In this document: piece after piece, positions 25,136 through 37,974 of the stretch
How positions within the stretch are numbered: the stretch's first letter is position 1
Layout of the letters: every line of letters begins with the position of its first letter
NCBI GenBank assembly: GCA_965153455.1
Contig: OZ234493.1
Location: 15,180,213-15,244,212 of the forward strand
Origin: Sphagnum compactum
Taxonomy: Eukaryota
Reading direction: 5' to 3'
Length of the DNA: 64,000 nucleotides
The notes under the pieces: model-generated
Told to the model about the DNA's origin: nothing
The model's input: the letters and a program-made list of their open reading frames with translations, nothing else
Database searches by the model: none
Made by a program: the position numbers and the translations under genes

Positions 25136-26069
25136 ACATGAAAAGGTCAACAACAGAGGTGAGAGACTATTTAATTTCACTATAACCCAAAAAGTCAGGC
25201 AACTGCGCACAAACAATTGTTCAAGATATTACAATATCATTTTTTAAAAAAATATTCCAAGAATCACATAAATCCATCATTGAATTGCAATTTGTATAGG
25301 TGTTAATGTGTTGGTTTAAAAGTTCCACTATGACTACAAGCATTCAATTAGATGGGCAAACTTCGAACCTCTTCTCCTGTAAGTTATCACCATTTTATGG
25401 TGTGTTTTTTTAACAAACTAATGCCACAAATTTTGACCATATACCCATCCAACCCTCAAAATCACAAATATGAAGAGCATTGAATAGGACCCAAGGATGG
25501 TACAAATAAACATAAAACCCAAACCCCTTGGTAGATTGCAATTGATCTTTAGAACCCAAAATTACTTCTCCTAGAAAACAAGTATTAAGTTTAAAGCTCC
25601 CAATTTCACAAGTATTCAAACCCCCTTTACATACATCAATACATGAAACAACCCATGTATATTACATTGGGCAAGAAGAACCACACACAAATCAGCCATA
25701 TGATCCCCTTGAGCCCGTCATCAATTCTATTGAATGCCTCTATGGATTCTACAATATCCAAATTATTGTTCATCTTCTTGCATGCGTTGTAAAAATTTGA
25801 AGGGTAGTTGAATAAAGCTACAAACTACATGCAAGTGGGCATTTAGCCCATCATAAAAAATATACACTAAACTCCAAAAACATCTACAACATCCTACTTA
25901 GCAAAATATAATCTAAACAATGGTAGAAGAAAATTTGGTGTTTAACTTTTAAATGATTTGTTTTTTATCACCTTAATAGCTTGTTTTGCTCCATCACCAA
26001 CACAACTGCAACCACATGCAAAAAAAAACAAATAAACAACCAAGCATATCCCAAGCACTTCACTCCTTC

Positions 26070-26875
26070 TATTGCACCCCAATCTTGAGAGAGTGTGAGG
26101 ATGAAGACTCACACTCCCGAAATGGGAACTTGGGAGTCCGCCGGGACTCCCGAAACTTCAGAGAGCGATTGTAGGGGTCAAAACACCTCTCATTGGGGAA
26201 TTCCTTATATCATTGGAAAGCTACTGAAATGTAGATGTCTAAAATGGGCTCGCATGACCCATTTGGACATCTTCAGCACAAGTTATAACAAAAAGAAAAG
26301 CCGGGAATCTACACCACAAAAAGTTGGGAATCAACCCGGCCCCTATGCGTGCAGGTGGAGTGCGACACACCGTTGGAAAGCTCTTGACGAGAGCTACAAC
26401 TTTGCTTTAGATCTCATCTCAATCGGAGGTCTGAGCAAAGAGTTATAGTCCCGAAAAATGGCAGGAGTCCAAACCTTGGCAGTTTCGGGACTCCTCCTTG
26501 GGAGTCCCAGGACAAAAAAACCATTTGGATGTGGGTGTCGCGGAAAGGCGCAGAGAATACTATATGGGGGAAGGTGGTGGCTTCCCCCGAGTCCGGGCCA
26601 TGGTGAATCTTGTGAGTCCAAAATTGCCCGTGGCTTGTCCTAGCACTAAAGGTGCTCCAGAAGGTGAACTAACCAACTTGTTGGTTGGTTTGATGCAGAT
26701 TCGAGTGAATAACTAGAAGCTTGTCACTCTTCCTAATCCCATCCCGGAGCTTCAGCACACCCCTCTACCCCCTTTTTGTGCTGAGAGCTAGGAGCGTGCC
26801 CCGAGCTCCTAACAATTCTGCAGTTTACTACCAAAGACCCATCTTGGGTCTATCAAGGAGCTTGGGAGCGCGTCA
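26070..26875. mobile_element. Solo LTR (806 bp) with 5-bp target-site duplication
   Basis: A GC-richer block begins TATTGCACCCC (TG mutated to TA) and ends GGAGCGCGTCA. It is flanked by CCTTC at 26065-26069 and 26876-26880, with no gag/pol sequence adjacent. Confidence 0.85.
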
Positions 26876-27244
26876 CCTTCATAACTTGCACAATCGTTGT
26901 CACTTGCACAAATTAAATCCAACTCTAATGAATGATAAAAAACAAATACAGTTTGGTTTTAACACTTATACATAAACAAGTAACATATTTTTCACACTAC
27001 AAACACTAAAAGATAACCAAAAATAATTTTGGGCTACATCACCATTTGGGTTACTCACTATAGTTGACTAATCAAAAGTAATCATTTTTGTTACAACCCT
27101 TTTAAAGTCACAATATCATGAGCATATTTACATGTCTAAACTTTATTTCACACAGTATATCAAAATTCTATTTTATCCAAAGTATTATATGCATATTATT
27201 GTATTAATACCACCATGGGAGATGCCCCTAAAGGATTGGAGACA

Positions 27245-27370
27245 TGTTTAATGTAAGAGCAATAAAGAATGCCAACATATTGGTTTGAAATTCAAGCCAA
27301 ATTTGTTATGTTTAATTTAAGAGCAATAAAGAATGCCAACATATTGGTTTGAAATTCAAGCCAAATTTGT
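27245..27370. repeat. Two-copy ~65-bp tandem duplication
   Basis: TAAGAGCAATAAAGAATGCCAACATATTGGTTTGAAATTCAAGCCAAATTTGT occurs twice. Confidence 0.9.
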
Positions 27371-28134
27371 ATCCCTAAGCCTATAAAATGTTTCTTCCTA
27401 CACAAAAACAAAATTACATGACACCAACTTGCAAATAAAATGAAACAAATTATTAATGTGCCAAGGTGAAGCTAAAACAAATTTGAATACAATCATTAAG
27501 TTTAAAGGTCAAATTTAACAAAATCAAATACATGCTTAACACTAATATTGAAAGTCAAAACTTCAAATACACAACAAATCCCCTAATTTCACTAAACACA
27601 ATATAGTTTGCACGTTAGTAGAAGAAGGTGTCCTTCAACAAAATGATCATTGAAAAGTTTTGAAAACCCAAATGTCCTTCAAATATGTGATAACACTATT
27701 ACAAAATAAGTTGCAGAATTTACAAGTTTGAAATGACTAGAAGGGATTTTTTTGTTCGTTTTGCCCCCCTCTCAAAGCAGGCACGCCTAATTTGACCAAA
27801 TGAACTAATAATTTAAATCAAATACGACAATGTCATTGACACATGGACCTTACCATGCCAACATGGTGTTAGTGTGTACTAAAACATTGATCACTAGTTT
27901 TAGTCATTACCAATGTGGTGTTGTTGTTTACTTTAATTTGATTAATTTTAGTCATGCACCATGATGTGGCTTGTTGCATGGCAACGTGATGTTAATGCCT
28001 ATTTCAATGTGGCTCATTTTAATGATGTTATAAATGACATAACATACTAAGTAAATAGGTAGGTCTAAGTAAGTACATAAATAAGTAGGTAATGGATAAG
28101 TAAGTAGGTAGGTAAATAATGAACATGTAGTCTA

Positions 28135-29200
28135 AATTAAACTTTAAATTAATCATAAACATTAACTATTTAAACTTGATTAAACTTGGCTAATTTTGGT
28201 TGAACTTGGCTAAAATTGTTTAAATTATATTAATTTACTTAAATTTGGCGAAACTTGGTTTAACTTGGTTAACATTGGTTAAATTAAAACATTATAGTTA
28301 CACTTGGTTAAAATTGGTTAAATTTAATATAAATTGAATAAATTAAAATAAATTAAGTTAAATTAAAATATTGAACAGTTAAATTGGCTAAACTTGACAA
28401 ATTTGTCCATTAATGTTTATAATTTAACCAAGATTAGCCAAATTTTTACAAAAATATCCAAACTTAATCAAACTTAATCAAAGTTTCATAATTTATCCAA
28501 TTTATTGCATTTTAACCAATTTATTTTAGTTTATACAATTTTAACCAAGTTTAGCAAATTTATTGTAATTTAACCAATTACCTTATTTTCATCAAGTTTA
28601 ACCAATTTACTTTAATTTAGCCAAATTTAACTAAGTTTAACCAAATTACCTTGATGGAGTCAAATTAAAACAAGTTTGGCTAATTTACCCTAATTTAACA
28701 ATTTTTTAAAAAATTTAACCAATTTACTTTAGTTCAGCCAAATTAAACAAGTTTGACCAATGTATTTTAATTTAACCAAATTTAACCAATTTATCTTAAT
28801 TTAGCCAAATTAAAACAAGTTGGCCAATTTACCCTCATTTAATTAAATTTAACCAAATTTAACCAAGTTTAACCAATTTATTCTAATTTAGCTAAATTTA
28901 ACCAAGTTCAAATTATTTTAGCCAATTTAAACCAATTTTAGCCAAAATTAACCATGTTTAACTAAAATACCCAAGTTTAACCAACTTCAGCCAAAATTAG
29001 TCATTCAAAATTAAAATATTTTAGTTTAACTTAGTTTAACCAAGTGTAGTTAAAATACCCAAGTTGTAGCCAAAAATAGCCAATTATATCTAAATTACCC
29101 TAATTTAACCAAGTTAAGCCAATTTTAGCTACAATACCCAAGTTTAGCCAAATTCAATTGAAATAGTGAAATCTAGCAAAATTCAACCAAGTTTAGTTTA
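28135..29200. repeat. AT-rich array of ~10-bp motifs that switches orientation (foldback-like)
   Basis: Left of about 28400 the motif is AACTTGGTTA/AATTGGTTA. Right of it the motif is TTTAACCAAG/TTTAGCCAAA, the reverse complement. The palindrome GACAAATTTGTC sits at the switch. Confidence 0.7.
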
Positions 29201-30662
29201 AGATTAATGCATGTGAAATTCCAAAAAAAATTGATTTTATATTTTTGTTATCACGTTATTAATCATCATGTGAATTAATGGTTGGATGGTTAATGTTTTG
29301 GCTTGTTACAATGGAGGTGAGGGCAATTCCCTCTTGTGACATCATGGCCATCCTTTAAGACTTACAAATGGTTACATGCTTATGGGAAGTTTTATAAGTG
29401 GCCCACATGTTTAAACAAATCTAAGAAGTGACCTTTGTGCTTAGTGGAACGAGGGTTGGGTAAAAGCATGTTATGATGGATTTTTTTGGATGTCCCAATG
29501 GTAGTTTTTTCTAGGTGAGTTGAATATTGTTGCATTGTATGTAAATCTATTTGAGAAACTTGGCAAAAGTAAGATGAAAAATTGAAACCTACATTCTAAT
29601 CTTTCAAACCCAAAAACAAATTACCAAAATGATAAATATTCAATCCAAGATGGACTTTATAAAGGATGGTACATCCAATGTCCCTAGTCCAAGCTACTCT
29701 ATAAAAAACTATCAAATATGGATTCTTTTCTTCTAGTGGAGTTGAAAACTAAGCCTACAACTTCTTACCACCACACATTAAAGTACGATAACATTTAAGA
29801 TGAAAAAATCAAGCAAGAAAAATTCTTTCAAAAAAATTTAGATTAAAAATTTGTAAGTCCATTTCGATATCTAAATTGACTTTTCAAGGCCCATATTTTT
29901 AAAGGTTTAAAAAAAAGGTTTAAATTATGGTGGTATGAACTTGGAAATGGAAAAAAATATGAACGTCAACACCATTTAAATGTTTTTTTTAAAAATCATT
30001 GGATTTCGACTCTAAAAATGGACTTTGAGCTACCAATTTTGGTATAGTGTAATGTGCTTTTATCCGGTCATGCACATGCTTGGGGCCCTTACCTAGTTCC
30101 TTAGGCTTATATTTTACATCCCTATGAACATTAATTTATTAATAAATAATTTTTTTAAATTATAATTATTTGACTTATATAATATTTATGCCAACTAACA
30201 TGTATGATAGTTTTTAGTCAAATTTGTTAGCCACATCAACTAATAGTTATTAGTTTTTGAATTAAAACAAGCATGCCACATAAATGTTACGAGTCACTCT
30301 GTCAAAGCTCACATGACTAAGCTATTACTTTGTACTTGTCCTAAATGATTGAATATTTTTTAATGTGCAATTATTATATTTGGGGTCAACATTGAACTAA
30401 AATTCAATCACAAAAGACAACAAACACCATGTTTTATAATAGTGTAATTTGAGTGGGTTCAATAGTTTTTGATAGTACAAATTTGTAATTGTTAAAAAAC
30501 ACATGGTTCAAAATCCCCAAAAAAAATCTTTTGAACTTTCAAAAATGTTAAGATTAAGCTAAATAATTTCACACAAAATTCAATATATGCATATTTTCAA
30601 TATTCATGTCAAATGTTTATACATCACAAATTTCATGGGCCATAATTTGGCAATAATAGTTG

Positions 30663-30730
30663 TTCATATGGAATAAACACAGATGTCATTCATTTACTTG
30701 TATTGTTTGAACATTGATATAGTTCGCATT
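30663..30730. repeat. Left copy of 68-bp direct repeat flanking the LINE (putative TSD)
   Basis: Matches 33988-34055 at 64 of 68 positions. Confidence 0.85.
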
Positions 30731-33700
30731 TAGTTTAGTTCAGTTGCCCGTTACTAGTTCTGCCTATAAGCCAAAGGCTTCTAGCTAGAACTAGATGGTG
30801 CCAACCCTCACATAGACCAAACCAAAAGCCTAAGCCCCTAACATTTGCATGCGCGAGTCGGTTGTTTGTGCATTGGCGCGAACGTCGCTTTTATAAGCGG
30901 TATGCCTTGAACTAGCTGGCGCCAAAATGGTTTGTCTTTTGCCTGCACATACCATTCCCCACCCCAGAATGGTATGCCAGCTGCCTCGAGATCCTTGCAC
31001 ATAGTAAACCTAAAGGTTTATGGCGGCCTGCCACAACCATACGTGGCGCCCTTCAGCTGCACAAAGAGTGCAATATGCGGGTACTTAGCTTCTGATAGCA
31101 ACTGTTGTTTGCCGCCTCCAACCGGTGCTGTTGAGATTGCGTCACATTCCAGGTCTCGGCCCTGTAAACAAACAAAGTGCGGTAGTACAAAGGTGTTGTA
31201 GACCTGCACCTTCGCCGGGTCCCCTAGGTGCTGATTCCCCCACAAATGCAAGAATTGGGCAAAGGCGCCTAACCCCCGACCCCTACAGGCATTCACCTCG
31301 TCCTCCAAGTTAGCAGTGGAGGTTAGGATACCCCCCAAGTACTTGAAACTACCAACTTGCTCTACCTAACCCCCGCTAATGGTGATGGTGGCCGGGAGCC
31401 ATGAATCCTCCTTGCCCACCAACATGACCTTAGTTTTTGCCGCATTAATCCTCATGGCAAACCACTCTGCAACGGTATCCATGCATTGTAGCATCAGTTA
31501 CCAAGTTTTCCGGGTTGGTGGAAAATAAGACCATGTCGTTTGCATAAAGCAGCAAGGCAATTTGGTGTAGCGAAAGGCCCTCACCAGGCAACACAAAGTA
31601 AAATAAGTTGCCATCGGCTCGAAACTGCACCGATACCCCGGAATCTAGCCACATGATGTCGAGGGCATGCTTAACCACAAAGTCAAGGAATACGTTGAAC
31701 AAAAGTGGTGCCACAATGCAACCCTATCGCACCCCACTACTGACGGAGATTTCCTGGCCAAGGCTGGCCCCTAGCTTGACTACCACAAGCGTTCCTGTGT
31801 GCAAATCTTCCAAAAGCTCAACGATTTTGGAGGGCACCCGGTATGTACGTAGAATACGCCATAGTGCTTGTCGGTTTACCCAATCGTAAGCCTTTGTCAG
31901 ATCAATGAACGTGAAGTGAAGTTGGGTGTCCTTACTACGTTGTGCTATGCTTGATAGTTAGCGCATCACAAACATGGTGTCCACAATGCCCCGGCCAAAG
32001 CGGAAGCCGCACTAGGCCTCATGCAAATTGGCCCCCACCATTCGGCTCACCCGATGCATGAATAGCATGGCGTAAACCTTGCCCGAAATGCTGAAGAGGT
32101 TAATCCCTCGGTAATTGTCATTAGATTGTTGCGAGCCCTTGCCCTTATAGAGGGGCACCACCAAGGCCTGCTTCCAAGCCACCGACAGCCGACCCACATG
32201 CCAGACCACTTGAATAACCCGGTGCATCCACTCACTACCTTTGAGGCAAGCCTTGAGCAAGGGGGCAGTAATGCCATCTTCACCTGGTGCAGCAGCATCG
32301 CAAAAACATTGCACACATACCTGTAATTCTGCAAGTGTAGGCTCTTTCGCAACCCCTGTGTCGTCCCCTTATGCCGACAACACCCCCTCGACGTTCCTCA
32401 CGGCAACGTCCAGTTGTTCCTGCACCTCATCAGTGAGGCCCCTACCACCCCCCAAAACCCCCACAAAGTACTCATAAAAGTGGGCCAAAACAGCCTCAGG
32501 GCTGTAAACATGTTCCCTTTTGCGGTCCAACAGAACCTTGGGGGGCCCCCGAGCCCTGGTAGCACCGGCTATCGCCATGTGTTGGACTTGTCGTGCCCAC
32601 GCAAAAACATGGCCAGTCTACTGCAGTCGTTCAACCTGGTCAGCATGTTGCTTCACATAGGCCTGGGCATCACGACTTACAACAGCCTTGACCCTCCTGT
32701 TTGCCAAGCGAAAAGCTACATGTGCAGTCGCGGAGTGCGAACGGGAAAGTCAAGCCAAATGGGGGCCCGCTTGGCTGCAACGAGTTGAAACGTGCCCGGG
32801 GACAACCTTAAACAGTTTCGCAGCACCAGGCCTTGCGTCCCAACCGTCTTGGCAGCAGCCATAGACACTACCGTCACAAAGCGGCCCCATTCCTCTTCAG
32901 GTGACGCTCGAGGGGGTAGAGCAGTAAAGCGATTGCCCGCTTCTCGCCCAAAAGCGGCTCGGCGGCTAGGCTCATGTAACAAAGCCCCATCGCACAACCC
33001 TTGACGTGTGGGAGCGTCATGCTTGAGTGCCTTAAGGTGCAATTGCAGCGACAGAACCAACAGGCGATGGTCGTTGGGTCCGTGGTTCACGCTAGAAAAC
33101 ATGTGGCAATCATTCACCCCCCGCATAGCACTACTAGAGACCAAAATGTAGTCTTTGACATACCAGCGATGGGTGGTGACGTGCTGCCATGTCGCCAAAT
33201 GGCCCAAGCGATGCTTGAAGAAGGTGTTGGCCGCTTGAAGGTGAAAAGTTACAACCAAGTCAAGGAAGCGGGCACCATTGTTAGATGGTTCAGCAGCACC
33301 TCGGTGCAAGTGGAATTTGCTAGTAATACCGCCATGTTCTTACCAAACATTGCCCAGCTTCGCATTGAAGTCCCCCAGGACAACCACCTTGTCGTTGGTC
33401 GCCTCCTTCAGGCAATCAAACAACATTAGATAAAAGGCGACCTTGGCCGCATCCTCCCCCATATCTGTGGGTGCATAGGCTGTCACCATAGTCAAGTGTT
33501 GCCTTGCCTTGGCCTGGAAGAGAGTAGACATCAGCCTAGGGCCCAGCTGGCGAAATGACAGTAAGGCATCCCTCCAGGCAAGAGCCATCAATAGGCCCAC
33601 ACCCTACTCATGCCGTTGGTCAGCCCCAGACCACACAAGCTTCCAGTCCCCTTCCCCTCGGTGCCCCCGTACACTAGATGGTATGATGATGTCGCACTCC

Positions 33701-33987
33701 CCAACACACGACCAATGCAACTCTTGTAGCCCACAAAGCCCACTGCCCACGCCCTCTAGCTCCCCAGCCAGCACACTTAGTTGCAGGCGCCTTTCCTCGG
33801 CCCCAGCACAACTCCGCAAGTTGTAGGAACTGATTTTGACCTGACACTTCACGATCTCAACAGCTGGTTGATGCTAACACACAGGCATGGCTATGATGGT
33901 CGGGTCCGTAACCAACACGTCTCCCTTCAAAGGCTGGGTGGCAAGCCTCGCAAACCCGCTCGCACGCGAACGGACCCAGGAGGGTTA
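30731..33987 (-). mobile_element. Near full-length, inactivated RTE-clade-like LINE (APE endonuclease plus reverse transcriptase)
   Basis: A single broken ORF from ATG 33888 gives SYNLRS, GLQELHW, AYAPT, VLGDFNAKLG, DYILV, DHRL (endonuclease), then NYRGINL, GFR, FIDLTKAYD, APLLFNVFL, LLYANDMVL (RT). The 5'UTR is short with no ORF1, and the 3' end is short AACTA-type repeats. The element is clearly more GC-rich than its flanks and carries many stops and frameshifts. Confidence 0.9.
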
Positions 33988-34055
33988 TTCGTATGGAATA
34001 GACACAGATGTCATTCATTTACTTATATTGTTTGAACATTGATATTGTTCGCATT
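33988..34055. repeat. Right copy of 68-bp direct repeat flanking the LINE (putative TSD)
   Basis: Matches 30663-30730 at 64 of 68 positions. Confidence 0.85.
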
Positions 34056-37000
34056 GTTTAAACACAAATATCATGTGCCTATTCGTATTATTTAAAGACA
34101 AATGTTGCATGTCTATTTGTTTTATTTACACAAGAAAGTCATGCACATTATTTTCGTGTTTAAATAATGCACAACATTCACGTTTAAACAATATGAACCT
34201 ATGAAATAAGAAAGTTTGCACGGATTTTGAATGAACCCATGAAGCCTATAAATTTGTGATATATATACAACAATGGAAATCAATTATTTCCTTTCCATTT
34301 AACAAGATGTATTTATCAACATTGATGTTTAAATTTTAATTCATTGCTTAATTGTGATGTCAAGTATAATATTACACACATATTTGATATGTAGATGATC
34401 AATTTTCAACAATTGGCATTCATTAAACGTTTTTTTTAATGAATCAAAATTTCCATGATTAAAAAAAATGCCAAAAAATTCGTTAGTATTGGACACTTCC
34501 AAATAGAAAATAGTAATACTATCTAACATAAAATAGCTCAAATTTTGAAAGAATCAATTTTTTTCCAATTAAACATGATCAAGTAAATCACAACAACCTC
34601 AATAAATAAACTTTTCAATTGTGAAAAACCTTCCAACAAGGTGGGCTTATACAATATGCACTCTAACATGTAGGAAGGGCAATTACATTTTTGTAAATCT
34701 TTCCCTTTTATTACAAAGGATAAATGCCCTATTCAAAGGGTTTTATCTTACCCATTTACCCTTTGGGTGAGAAATAAGTGAAAAAATGACACTTGTTATT
34801 TGAAATAGGAGGATGTATAAATGTACAAAAAAAGGAGTTAATTTTCTTAGTATCTAACAAAATTTGCAAATTAAATGCACATTTTACATTGTTCGTCCTA
34901 CATAAAGGTCTTTTGTAATGTGTTTGCTAACTTTTGATACATTCCTAGTTTTTCATTATCAAGTCAAAAATTAATTATATTGTTCTTTTTACATAAAGGT
35001 TTTTTACAATATGTTCAAAACATGTGTGCTAATGTTTGATGCATTCCTAGTTCCTTGCTACCGAATAAAGTCTTAACTAACATACTTCTTTCATAATAGT
35101 AAAACTTTTAAATCAAGTTTGACTTATAGAACACAAACAATATAAAGCACCAAACATCAATTTGTAATTTGGAATTGTATCACATTACAAATTCATCACA
35201 TATTTGACACAAAAGCTTTTAAAAGAGGGTTCACTCAAGGTTTGTAAATATCCATCCAAATAATCTTGAAATGACAAAATTAAAACTTCCAAATATTTTT
35301 TTTAGTCTTCCTCTTTAAATAAGGACATTAATTTGACGTCCCCAAAATTCTCAAACCCATAACCTTGAAAAATGTAACTAATTTGCACATGTGACTCAAT
35401 GATCTTATTATTTATTTATAAATTTATGCAATCCAAACATGATTGCCCATCCAAATCATACTCCAAATGCTTGAAACTTATTTGGTCTCTTGGAAATGCC
35501 ATATGATATTATTAGTTAACAAATTCAAATTTAATTTGAACATGCAAATCAAAATTTTAAACATGTTTGAACATTTTTTTAGTAAATGGAACATCATTCA
35601 ATCTTAACATGATTTGATATTTAAAACATATTTTGAACATTTCAAACTTTTAAAGAATCTTATTCTTTTTACTTATCATTTTTTTCCTTTTATTTGAAAT
35701 ATTAAGTCTTTCACTTTCTAAGACCTTGGCCATGCTTTGAACTTATTTTCAACCCAATTCTTTTTGGCTTGCGTAAGCACTATCACAAACTGATAGTCAA
35801 TGTCAACATAAACTAACTCACAAGTAATGATGTCAACAAATATTAAAGACAATTTGAAAGCAACTTGTAGCCTTGTGTCACCTCCACCCATGTTTGTGTC
35901 CCTCCTTTGGAAAGCTTCAAAACACAATAGATTGAAAGTTAAGATGTGTTGCACTGATGCATTTTATTTACTATTTATGAAACTTTCATGAAACTTGGAT
36001 CATTTCATCTATGAAATGAAGCATTGTAATTTAACTAACATAAAGGTCATTCGCCCCTTATGTTTCATTATTGAAGATATTTCCGCCCTGTTTTGCATTC
36101 AATTCAAATTACCCAACTAACCCACCACTAAATTGGTCTATCATAGTGCATTTGTAATTTAACCTATGGACCACTAAATATTCATCTCCTCTCTTTTATC
36201 AATGGTAACAAATATGGCACCACATTACATGTCATTATAATATTTTGATTTCATTGCTTAGGAAAGTCACTCCCATGTGCTACATGACCAAATGCATATA
36301 TTTTCATCAATTTGACATTCTTTTTTTGAAGACTAGGGTTCACACTTCCAAGATGTCACATTAAAGTTCTTCACAAATGTTTTGAATATTGTGTAATTTA
36401 AAATGACATTAATTTAAATTTCACCCAAATGAAAAAAATTATAACATATGGACTTCACACAACTATTGAAGTTGGGTATGATGTACGGGTATCACGGAAC
36501 CTACATGTTGGATATGTTTTGAAACTCATAACTAGGTTATTAATAGTACTTAGGGTTTTTGGGCATGGACCTACCTATGTTGAAACATACAAGTTTTCAT
36601 ACTTTGGTGAAACCGGTATTGAAAGGTGAAAAGTTTAAGTTGGGAGGGGTAGGTATAATTACATTAAGGCATTCCATGTTTTTAACTTGAAGAACATTAT
36701 AGAGTTTGTAATTGCAACCTTAATCATGGGATCCTATTCAAGGTTGTTTCATGTGCAATTTTTTTGTTGGATGTTTTAAAATCTTAACATTTTGTGAATG
36801 TTCAAAGTGAACACATGTGCAAAATTTGCTCGATCCAAGGTATTATATGTTATCTTTTAAATTTTTTTTTATTAATTGCAAAATGATGTATATTCATAAT
36901 ATCATACCATTGTACATATTCCCTTAATGTGTCCATTTAAATATTGATATACTCATGATTAGGACCATGGTATGTTTAGTATGAAATTACTCATACCAAG

Positions 37001-37067
37001 CAAAAATCTTACCCTAGAACAATTCTAGTTATCTAGAACCCTAATCATGACTTAACTAAATAGGGCC

Positions 37068-37120
37068 AGTCGAACAGAGACGAAAGTCGGCCATAGTGAT
37101 CCGGGAGTCCCGTGTGGAAG
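37068..37120 (+). other. Short organellar LSU rRNA fragment, plant mitochondrial 26S-like (micro-NUMT)
   Basis: AGTCGAACAGAGACGAAAGTCGGCCATAGTGATCCGGGAGTCCCGTGTGGAAG matches, from memory, the domain V segment of plant mitochondrial rrn26. The plastid version reads GGCCTTAGTGATCCGACGG. It is not a functional rRNA gene. Confidence 0.75.
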
Positions 37121-37974
37121 AAGAAAAGCAGCGTGCAGCAGCGAGGCGCCGCGGGTACGTAGCTGCAAATTTCTTCTATCTCAGATCTGTGACCCATCTC
37201 TGTAGATCTCGGTTGAGTCTTTTTTGATGTAGGTGCTTGGGGTTTGTTGCATAGGAGTCGCTGAAATTTTTGTCAGCTGGCTAGATGGAAGTAGGCCTTT
37301 GAAAGTTTGAACATATTTGTACCGTTTTGGTATGTGAAAATAATATCAATACAACACAGATCATAACCTTATTTACATGTAATGAAGTCATGAACAAACA
37401 TTTTGTTTTCATGAAATGCTTCTATTGCCTTACCTTGATCATTACATTAAATAGTGCCATGTGAATTAACAACATGTTGATACTATATATTCAATAACAC
37501 TAACACAATTAAGGCTAGAGGTGATGAACGAAAATATAAATTATAAAAACATGCACACACATTCAAACACTTGAAATACAACAATAATATGTGATTAACA
37601 TAAAACATAAACAATCCAAAAAGGAAAAACAACAAAAATAAGGTAGACCTAGCCAACATTTTCAAGACTTTTCATATGGGTTCCCTTTTATGTGTATTTC
37701 TCTATTTGACTGTGTTTATATGTTCTTATATGTATTTATACCTATTTACATGTTTTTTATATGCAATTGTACCCATTTGCATAATTATTGTTTGCATTTA
37801 TATCCATTTACACATTTAAAATATTCATTTATACCCATTTATACGATTTTGGTATGTTATTTACACCTAATATTTATACATGTATTTAATGTACTTATAC
37901 ATTTTCATCCTTGGTGAAAAGAGATTCTTTATTCAACATTTTTTCTTTGTATCAACCTTGACATTTTGTTGGGA

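Noticed and set aside
26095-26975. Several 60-117 aa ORFs as protein-coding genes
   Set aside because: They lie within or overlap the solo LTR, overlap on both strands and show no domain motifs.
29275-29342. tRNA/SINE-like A-box and partial B-box sequence
   Set aside because: The B box is defective (GGGCAATTCC), and there is no convincing cloverleaf, tail or TSD.
37068-37120. Functional rRNA gene
   Set aside because: Only about 53 nt of a multi-kilobase rRNA are present.
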